A stretch of DNA of 57,546 bases, from assembly GCA_027490455.1 (NCBI GenBank), contig JAIXYC010000042.1, positions 1 through 57,546 of the forward strand, given 5' to 3'. The number at the start of each line of letters is the position of its first letter. The first letter of the stretch is position 1. The stretch comes from Sphingomonadales bacterium. GTDB taxonomy: Bacteria; Pseudomonadota; Alphaproteobacteria; Sphingomonadales; Sphingomonadaceae. The translations under genes were made by a program, and so were the position numbers. Below are positions 51,099 to 57,546 of this stretch, piece after piece. The notes under the pieces were generated by a model. That model saw nothing but the letters and a program-made list of their open reading frames with translations, did not search any database and was not told where the DNA came from.

Positions 51099-52368
51099 GA
51101 ATATCTTGCTCATCGGATCGGGTGGACGCGAACATGCGCTGGCGTGGAAGCTCGCGCAATCGCCAAATTGCGATACACTCTTTGCCACGCCGGGCAATCC
51201 CGGGATTGCTGAAGAGGCGGATCTGGTTGCATTGAACATATCCGATCATGCAGCGGTTATATCCTTTTGCGCGGGGCATGATGTCGGTTTGGTCGTGGTC
51301 GGTCCAGAAGCACCGCTTGTTGCCGGCTTGGGCGATAGCCTGCGTGATGCGGGCATTCCTGTTTTCGGTCCCAATCAAAAGGCGGCACAATTGGAAGGGT
51401 CCAAGGGCTTTACCAAAGATATATGTGCCGCAGCGGGTATCCCTACAGCGGGCTATTATCGTCATGATAGTAAAGCATCTGCGCTATCTGGCCTCGACGC
51501 ATTCCAAGCGCCCTATGTCATTAAAGCAGACGGGCTTGCTGCGGGCAAAGGCGTGATTATCGCGGAAACCCGCATTGATGCGGAAGCCGCGATTGAAGAT
51601 ATGTTCGGCGGCGGTTTTGGCGACGCTGGGGCCTCCGTTGTCATTGAAGAGTTTATGACCGGAGAAGAAGCCAGCTTTTTCGCACTGACCGATGGCCGCG
51701 ACGTGGTCGCATTTGGGTCGGCGCAGGATCATAAGCGCGTCGGTGATGGTGATGTTGGCCCCAACACCGGCGGCATGGGCGCATATTCACCCGCTATTGT
51801 TCTGACGCCTGCGTTGCAGGCCGAAGTCATGGACCGTATCATTAAGCCCACAGTTGCGTATATGGCCGCGCATGACATGCCCTATTCGGGTGTGCTGTTC
51901 GCTGGGCTGATGCTGACCGATGAGGGGCCGAAGCTTATAGAATATAATGCGCGCTTTGGTGATCCCGAGTGCCAGGTGCTGATGACGCGTTTTGACGGCG
52001 ACCTTGCGGCGTTGATGTTGGCGGTTGCGACTGGACAGCTCTCTGAAGCGTCGGCGCCAAGCTTTTCACCCGACACGGCATTGACGGTCGTCATGGCGGC
52101 GAACGGCTATCCCGATGTACCGCAAAAGGGCGGCGCGATTGATCTGGCAGTTGTGTCCGGCGCGAAGGTATTTCACGCAGGCACTGCTGAAGTAAGCGGG
52201 CAATTGGTAGCAGCGGGCGGACGTGTGTTAAACGTTACCGCAACCGGGGCCAACGTGACCGACGCGCAGGCAAAGGCCTATGCAGCGGTGGATCAGGTCA
52301 TTTTTCCCGATGGCTTTTGCCGCCGCGACATTGGCTGGCGCGAGGTTGCGCGCGAAGCAGGGACCTAA
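51097..52368 (+). CDS. purD: phosphoribosylamine--glycine ligase
   Basis: [37 protein letters not shown] and [10 protein letters not shown]. Confidence 0.97.
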   Translation: MNILLIGSGGREHALAWKLAQSPNCDTLFATPGNPGIAEEADLVALNISDHAAVISFCAGHDVGLVVVGPEAPLVAGLGDSLRDAGIPVFGPNQKAAQLEGSKGFTKDICAAAGIPTAGYYRHDSKASALSGLDAFQAPYVIKADGLAAGKGVIIAETRIDAEAAIEDMFGGGFGDAGASVVIEEFMTGEEASFFALTDGRDVVAFGSAQDHKRVGDGDVGPNTGGMGAYSPAIVLTPALQAEVMDRIIKPTVAYMAAHDMPYSGVLFAGLMLTDEGPKLIEYNARFGDPECQVLMTRFDGDLAALMLAVATGQLSEASAPSFSPDTALTVVMAANGYPDVPQKGGAIDLAVVSGAKVFHAGTAEVSGQLVAAGGRVLNVTATGANVTDAQAKAYAAVDQVIFPDGFCRRDIGWREVAREAGT

Positions 52369-52469
52369 GCAAATCGCGCAAATGTTGGCGCGGCGGATTA
52401 ACGCTTTCACGCCCCGCAAAAATTGCGTAACCCGTTGGCGATATTGAGGGAATTTCTGGGAGGAATATT

Positions 52470-53291
52470 ATGTCCAACAATCTACTGATTATTATTGGTG
52501 CGGTGGCCATTATTGCCATTTTATGTTTGTGGTTGCTCGCGCGTAACGGTGCGAAGAAGACAGCTGCGCAGCCGAACGACGTCGCTTCGTCAGCAGCTGC
52601 GGCACCTGTTGCGAAGGCGCCTGCTGCGCCTAAGTTGCCAGCCAAGAAAACCGCGACAGCCAAGGTAAAGGCGCCAGCGAAAGCTGCGGCAACGAAGCCC
52701 GCGCCGGCAGCTGCTGCCAAGCCCGTTGCAGCAAAGGCCAAAACGGCGAAGGCGCCTGCCCCGAAAGCTGCACCAAAAGCTGCCGCTAAAGCTGCAACGC
52801 CGAAGCCTGCTGCACCTAAGGCTGCTAAACCGAAGGCTGCAGTCGCCAAGGTCGCAGCACCCAAGGCAGCACCCAAGGCAGCAGCAAAGCCTGTAGCAAA
52901 GCCTGTCGCCGCAAAAGCAAAGGCCGCGCCTGCGCCTAAGCCTGCGCCGAAAGCTGCAGCGGCGAAGGTGAAGGCAGAAGTCGCACCCAAGCCCAAGGTC
53001 GCCAAACCAGCGGCCAAGGCTAAGGTATCGGTCCCTGACAATCTCGAATTGTTGAAGGGCCTTGGTCCAAAAGTGAATGCTATGCTCAAGGGATTGGGCG
53101 TAACCAGCTTTGCGCAAGTGGCGAGTTGGACGGCTGCTGATGTCGCCGAAATTGATGGCAAGCTTGGGGCATTTGCAGGCCGCATCAGCCGCGACAACTG
53201 GATTGATCAGGCCAAGTATCTTGAGGCGGGCGATGTCGCCGGTTTCGAAAAGAAATATGGCGCGCTGGGTGGCGAAGTCGCCAAAGGCTGA
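52470..53291 (+). CDS. membrane-anchored Lys/Ala/Pro-rich protein with C-terminal helix-hairpin-helix domain
   Basis: GGAGG RBS, N-terminal TM, long AKP low-complexity linker and DNLELLKGLGPK...RISRDNWIDQAK. Confidence 0.8.
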   Translation: MSNNLLIIIGAVAIIAILCLWLLARNGAKKTAAQPNDVASSAAAAPVAKAPAAPKLPAKKTATAKVKAPAKAAATKPAPAAAAKPVAAKAKTAKAPAPKAAPKAAAKAATPKPAAPKAAKPKAAVAKVAAPKAAPKAAAKPVAKPVAAKAKAAPAPKPAPKAAAAKVKAEVAPKPKVAKPAAKAKVSVPDNLELLKGLGPKVNAMLKGLGVTSFAQVASWTAADVAEIDGKLGAFAGRISRDNWIDQAKYLEAGDVAGFEKKYGALGGEVAKG

Positions 53292-53296
53292 CCTGA

Positions 53297-53479
53297 TTAT
53301 TTCTTAATGCGTTTTGGCCTTGGCTGAAGGTCGCCGCCACAATTGGGGCAGCGGCCATTCAGCGGGCCATGCACGCAGGGTGCGCAAAAGGTGCATTCAT
53401 AGCTGCAAATCATCGCGTCGCCGCTGTCCATCGGCAGTGGCGATGTGCATCGTTCGCATGTGTCCCGCATTTCCAGCAT
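53297..53479 (-). CDS. DUF1272 family Cys-rich protein
   Basis: MLEMRDTCERC, ICSYECTFC and CPNCGGDLQPRP. Confidence 0.88.
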   Translation of the reverse strand: MLEMRDTCERCTSPLPMDSGDAMICSYECTFCAPCVHGPLNGRCPNCGGDLQPRPKRIKK

Positions 53480-53489
53480 CTTATCTTCC

Positions 53490-54224
53490 TTATCGTCCAA
53501 CCCTTTGCAGCCCCGTACCGTGCATCTTTAGCCATTGGTCCGCGGCCTTGCGGTTGCCTTCAAAGAGGACATCGAGCCAAGCGTAGAAGTCGGGACTGTG
53601 GTTCATATGCCGCATATGCGCGACCTCATGTGCGATGACCGAACGGCGCACAGATGCAGGCGCCATGATCAGCCGCCAACTGAGCGAAATAGTTCCCCGG
53701 CTGGAACAACTGCCCCACCGGCTGCGGGGATCGCCCAGCGATAAGCGCGGGACTGGTTCCCCGGCTTTGTCGCAATAATGTGCGATTTCTTTGGTGAAAA
53801 CCCGCCGTGCTTCGCCCTTGAGCCATCGTAAGATGCGGGCTTCGACCGACTCCCTTGGACCACCCAAACGCAGCATGCCTTCGCCGCAGCGAATGCTGCG
53901 CGGCCATTCTTCGCGCCATTCAATCAAGTGGCTTTCACCTTCAACAGCGATTTCGCTGCCAGGGGCAATGGGAGCAATGTCAGGCGCGCTGTTTAACCGC
54001 GTGGCGATCCATTCCCGTTTCTTTTCGACAAAATCGAGCGCCACATTTGTCGGCGTATAATGCGGCATCGTTATGCGGATTTCGCGTTTTATGGCATCGG
54101 CGCGCATCGAAATGCGCTTTGCCCGCGGGTTGCGGCGAATGCGCACGGGTACACTCTCTCCCTCTATATCCACTTCAGGATCAGAGAGGCTGTTCGACAA
54201 TATGGTTTTCAAGCGGCCCAGCAT
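53490..54224 (-). CDS. YgjP/DUF45 (SprT-like) zinc metalloprotease
   Basis: SRWGSCS and HEVAHMRHMNHSPDF. Confidence 0.9.
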   Translation of the reverse strand: MLGRLKTILSNSLSDPEVDIEGESVPVRIRRNPRAKRISMRADAIKREIRITMPHYTPTNVALDFVEKKREWIATRLNSAPDIAPIAPGSEIAVEGESHLIEWREEWPRSIRCGEGMLRLGGPRESVEARILRWLKGEARRVFTKEIAHYCDKAGEPVPRLSLGDPRSRWGSCSSRGTISLSWRLIMAPASVRRSVIAHEVAHMRHMNHSPDFYAWLDVLFEGNRKAADQWLKMHGTGLQRVGR

Positions 54225-54615
54225 GCAGTTCCGATATAGCCCGACCTTTGACCGACATGCCAGCGTCATGAATCGTCTGGCGGCTTCCGCTCACCAGATA
54301 ATGCCATTCGGGAAGCGGTTTGCCCGCCGCGCGCAGGACATATGCACAGGTCGAGGGTAGCCAGACATAGTCATCAATCTTTTCCGCGGTCAGCCGAAGA
54401 CATTCGGGCACAATCGCCCGGCGTCCGCGATAGTCGGCACATTGGCATGTCTGCAGATCCAGCAATTTGCAGGCGACATTAGTGGGGTAGATGCGGCCGG
54501 TATCTTCGTCTTCCACCTTGTTGAGACAGCATTTCCCACAACCATCGCACAATGCCTCCCATTGTGCGCGGTCGAGGCTCTCTATCGGAGCTTCCCAAAA
54601 AGGCGCTTCGTTCAA
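54181..54615 (-). CDS. YcgN family cysteine-cluster protein
   Basis: WEALCDGCGKCC and WLPSTCAY. TTG start at 54615. Confidence 0.88.
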   Translation of the reverse strand: MNEAPFWEAPIESLDRAQWEALCDGCGKCCLNKVEDEDTGRIYPTNVACKLLDLQTCQCADYRGRRAIVPECLRLTAEKIDDYVWLPSTCAYVLRAAGKPLPEWHYLVSGSRQTIHDAGMSVKGRAISELHAGPLENHIVEQPL

Positions 54616-54616
54616 A

Positions 54617-55252
54617 TCAGCGCACCCATTTTGCCAATTCCGCCTCAACCAAATTAGGCGCGCCTTCATTGACGTCAGTATTGGGAACGTCGGCGGGCAT
54701 AAGCGCCAAAGGCTTGCCATCGGGGCCCATCAAATAGGGTGTCTGGCTGTGGCTCATCAGGTAGCTTTCGGGTGAGGACCCTTCGACACGGCTGGTGTAA
54801 ATCGCAAATTTCTTTGCTGCGTCCGCAATTTCGGCCTCCGTGCCGGTGAGCCCAATCGCGCGCGGATGAAATGCGCTGACGAATTGCTTCAGCACCTCTG
54901 GCGTGTCGCGCAGGGGATCGACGGTAATGAAAATCGGCTGAATCTTTGCGCCAAGCTCGGGATGGCTTTTCTCATAAGCCTTTAAACCTGCCATTAGATT
55001 CTGCATGTCGGGCGTGCAGATATCGGGGCAGTTGGTGTATCCGAAATAGACGATGCGATATGCACCGTCGAATTCCTTGAAGGTCCGCTTTTTGCCATTT
55101 TGATCGGTCAGCGCAAAGTCACCGCCAATGGTTGCACCGGCCAGCGGGGCTTCGCTCAATGGCGGTTGGGCGGGGGGTGAATCACATGCCGACAGCAAAA
55201 GCGCGGCGGAGAGCGTGAAAATCAGTTTTTTGTTCATAGCGGGGCCAGACAT
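54617..55252 (-). CDS. SCO1/SenC copper chaperone (lipoprotein)
   Basis: FGYTNCPDIC, ITVDP, conserved His and lipobox LSAC. Confidence 0.92.
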   Translation of the reverse strand: MSGPAMNKKLIFTLSAALLLSACDSPPAQPPLSEAPLAGATIGGDFALTDQNGKKRTFKEFDGAYRIVYFGYTNCPDICTPDMQNLMAGLKAYEKSHPELGAKIQPIFITVDPLRDTPEVLKQFVSAFHPRAIGLTGTEAEIADAAKKFAIYTSRVEGSSPESYLMSHSQTPYLMGPDGKPLALMPADVPNTDVNEGAPNLVEAELAKWVR

Positions 55253-55293
55253 GGTCTGCTAAAGACCAGTTATCAAGTATGTTGGACATTTAA

Positions 55294-55947
55294 ATGGGGC
55301 ATCGTTTGTTGAAAAAGCCGTTTTTTCTCGCTTTGGCCGCAGGGCTGATTTTGCCAGTAGCCGCTGGCGTTGTTGCGCCTGCTGCACAAGCCCAGTTTTC
55401 AGACAGCTATAATTTCTTGAAAGCCGTGCGCGATCGTAAGGGCGATGAGGCGGAAAAATTTCTGGCCGCGCCGGGTACGGTGATTATCAACACGCGCGAC
55501 AATTCAACGGGCGAAACTGCGCTGCACATTGTCATTCAACGCCGTGACGCGTCTTGGCTTGGGTATCTTTTACAAAAAGGTGCAAACCCCAATTTGGCAG
55601 ATAAAAACGGTACGACGCCTTTGATGCTCGCAACGCAATTGGGTTTCATCGATGGCATTGATTGGCTTGCCCGTAAAAAGGCGCAGATTGACCAGACCAA
55701 TCGCGCTGGAGAGACCGCGCTGATTCTGGCGGTGCAATTGCGCAATGCAGAAGCGGTGCGCATGCTTTTGAAGGCTGGTGCAAATCCGGACAAGAAGGAT
55801 AGCCGGGCGGGATATTCTGCGCGCGATTATGCGCTTCAGGACGGACGCGCGAATGCCATTGTCGCGATCATCGAAAATAACGGCAAAACCGATGCGGCAA
55901 AGAAACCTGCCGAGTTGGACTTTTCGGGCATATCTGAACCGAAATAA
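55294..55947 (+). CDS. exported ankyrin-repeat protein
   Basis: Signal peptide plus GETALH, GTTPLM and GETALI ankyrin repeats. Confidence 0.88.
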   Translation: MGHRLLKKPFFLALAAGLILPVAAGVVAPAAQAQFSDSYNFLKAVRDRKGDEAEKFLAAPGTVIINTRDNSTGETALHIVIQRRDASWLGYLLQKGANPNLADKNGTTPLMLATQLGFIDGIDWLARKKAQIDQTNRAGETALILAVQLRNAEAVRMLLKAGANPDKKDSRAGYSARDYALQDGRANAIVAIIENNGKTDAAKKPAELDFSGISEPK

Positions 55948-55977
55948 GGTCCGTCGGCGCGCTATGCGCTGGCTGGA

Positions 55978-56460
55978 TTAGCCGGGGATAAACTTCATCG
56001 CGACGCCATTCATGCAATAGCGTTTTCCGGTTGGCTTTGGACCATCGTTAAACACATGGCCAAGATGCCCGCCGCAGCGCGCGCAATGCACTTCGGTGCG
56101 CGGCACGCCAATTTTATAGTCGGTTTTGGTGCCTATGCCACCGGCCAGCCGTGCGTAGAAACTTGGCCAACCCGTTCCGCTTTCAAACTTGGTAGCCGAC
56201 GCAAACAGCCGCTGGTTACAGCCGGCGCAGACAAATGTGCCCTTGCGCTTTTCGCTGTTAAGCGGGCTCGTATAAGGCCGTTCGGTATCTTCGCGGCGCA
56301 ACACGCGGTAGGCAGCAGGCGACAAGCGCTTTTTCCATTCAGCGTCGCTATATGTCACCGCATAGCGCGTTTTCGCGGTCGCACTTTTGCCGCAGCCAAA
56401 GACAAATACCGCGGCCCCTGCACTTGCGAGTGACAGAAATGTGCGTTTGCTCAGCTGCAT
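55978..56460 (-). CDS. msrB: peptide-methionine (R)-S-oxide reductase with export signal
   Basis: CAGC, GTGWPSF, CARCGGHLGHVF and RYCMN. N-terminus SKRTFL...VFGC. Confidence 0.93.
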   Translation of the reverse strand: MQLSKRTFLSLASAGAAVFVFGCGKSATAKTRYAVTYSDAEWKKRLSPAAYRVLRREDTERPYTSPLNSEKRKGTFVCAGCNQRLFASATKFESGTGWPSFYARLAGGIGTKTDYKIGVPRTEVHCARCGGHLGHVFNDGPKPTGKRYCMNGVAMKFIPG

Positions 56461-56520
56461 GACATGTTCCTTTGGACGCCCCGGCTATACATATACCGGA
56501 AACGCCCCAAAGCTTTCATA

Positions 56521-57546
56521 TCAATAGCGCGACAGTTCTACATCCATCTTGCGATAGCCATGGACGAAACAGCCCGCCACGCGCTCGGGCTCGGCCACCA
56601 CATTTGGTCGCAGGCGGCGCACTGCCATTTCTTCCAGCAAGATACGGATTTGCAATTCCGCCAATCGCGCGCCTACGCAACGGTGGATGCCATATCCGAA
56701 GGCCAAATGGCGACGCGCGTTCTCACGATCGACAATCAACTTGTCGGGATTATCAAAAACCGTCTCATCCCGGTTGGCCGACAGATACCACATGCCAATC
56801 TTGTCGCCGGCCTTGATGGGTGCACCGAACAAATCATGGTCCTGCAGGGCGGTGCGCCGCATATGCGCCAAAGGCGTCTGCCAACGAATGATTTCGCTCA
56901 CAGCATTGGTGATGAACTGAGGATTCTTCTCCAGCTTTTCGCGCTCGTCGGGGAAGCTGTTCAGTCCATAAGCGTAACCGGACATCGAATTGCGTGTGGT
57001 GTCGTTTCCGCCCACGATGAGCAGAATGAGGTTACCCATATACTCAAATTGGCTCATGTCCTTCATCGGCGAATGGATCATGCGGCTGATAAGGTCGGGC
57101 GCTTCACCGCGATTTTTGCGCTCGTCCCACAGACCCTGGAAATAGGCACCCATTTCAAACATTTTGGCAAGGCGCGCCTGACGAGTGTCTTCGGAACGGA
57201 CGAGTTCGATGTCGCCCGCCCAATCGGACCATTCGGTCAACTTGCGGCGGTCTTCCCATGGGAAATCAAAAAGCAGCGCCAACATCTGCGTGGTCAGTTC
57301 GATGGATACCAAGTCGACCCAATCAAAGGTTTTGCCAACCGGAAGCGAGTCCAAAAGCTCGCCCGTGCGGCGGCGGATATCGCCCGACATGCGGTCCATT
57401 TCGCCCGGTGTGAACGCCGGTGCGATGACGCGGCGTTCTTCGGTGTGCTTAGGCCGGTCCATCGCAATGAACATCGGCATGATGATTCTTTGATCTTCGG
57501 GGATGGGCTCGGCGAGCGCATTGTCGTCGATTAAGGTGATGCCGCC
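56521..57546 (-). CDS. cytochrome P450, CYP153-like (5' end outside window)
   Basis: Frame is open to the window edge. It has MFIAMD, LIVGGNDTT, EIIR and FGYGIHRCVG. Confidence 0.9.
   Translation of the reverse strand, partial: GGITLIDDNALAEPIPEDQRIIMPMFIAMDRPKHTEERRVIAPAFTPGEMDRMSGDIRRRTGELLDSLPVGKTFDWVDLVSIELTTQMLALLFDFPWEDRRKLTEWSDWAGDIELVRSEDTRQARLAKMFEMGAYFQGLWDERKNRGEAPDLISRMIHSPMKDMSQFEYMGNLILLIVGGNDTTRNSMSGYAYGLNSFPDEREKLEKNPQFITNAVSEIIRWQTPLAHMRRTALQDHDLFGAPIKAGDKIGMWYLSANRDETVFDNPDKLIVDRENARRHLAFGYGIHRCVGARLAELQIRILLEEMAVRRLRPNVVAEPERVAGCFVHGYRKMDVELSRY

Noticed and set aside
50974-51239. Extended ORF-track starts for purD (50974) and xseA (51239)
   Set aside because: The extensions are just the reverse frames of the partner gene. 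The conserved PurD N-terminus begins at 51097.
52590-53030. Repetitive DNA as a CRISPR array or VNTR
   Set aside because: The repeats are degenerate codon-level Ala/Lys/Pro repeats inside a CDS. There is no fixed repeat-spacer period and no cas gene.

Overview
Chromosomal segment of an alphaproteobacterium, most likely Sphingomonadaceae (inferred from gene content and order, no database search run). It is mostly core genes: ptrB (partial), rsmB-GNAT-rpe-heparinase II/III-purH, an RhlE-type helicase, thrC-methyltransferase-folB-SDR, recQ, an Atm1-type ABC exporter, pyrE-pdxJ-acpS-lepB, a complete aa3-type cytochrome c oxidase operon, infC, valS-MATE-DsbD, pcm-tolC-popZ, tRNA-Cys, xseA/purD, SCO, msrB and a partial P450. 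I saw no integrase, transposase, CRISPR array or rRNA. The most unusual part is the ~3 kb after tRNA-Cys (45.5-48.5 kb). There an apparent deletion junction at ~47840 joins the 3' remnant of a Brp/Blh beta-carotene dioxygenase gene back-to-back with a 5'-truncated phyR. Directly downstream is an unannotated sRNA candidate with a GGAAC-N16-CGTT (EcfG/sigmaT-type) promoter, a C-rich loop and a terminator. Other signals include an AGMO-like desaturase-family gene near pterin genes, xseA and purD sharing one CATG for their start codons, a probable AUC start for infC, a ~230-nt structured helicase leader, two palindromic intergenic elements, several apparently leaderless genes and two small genes missing from the ORF track.
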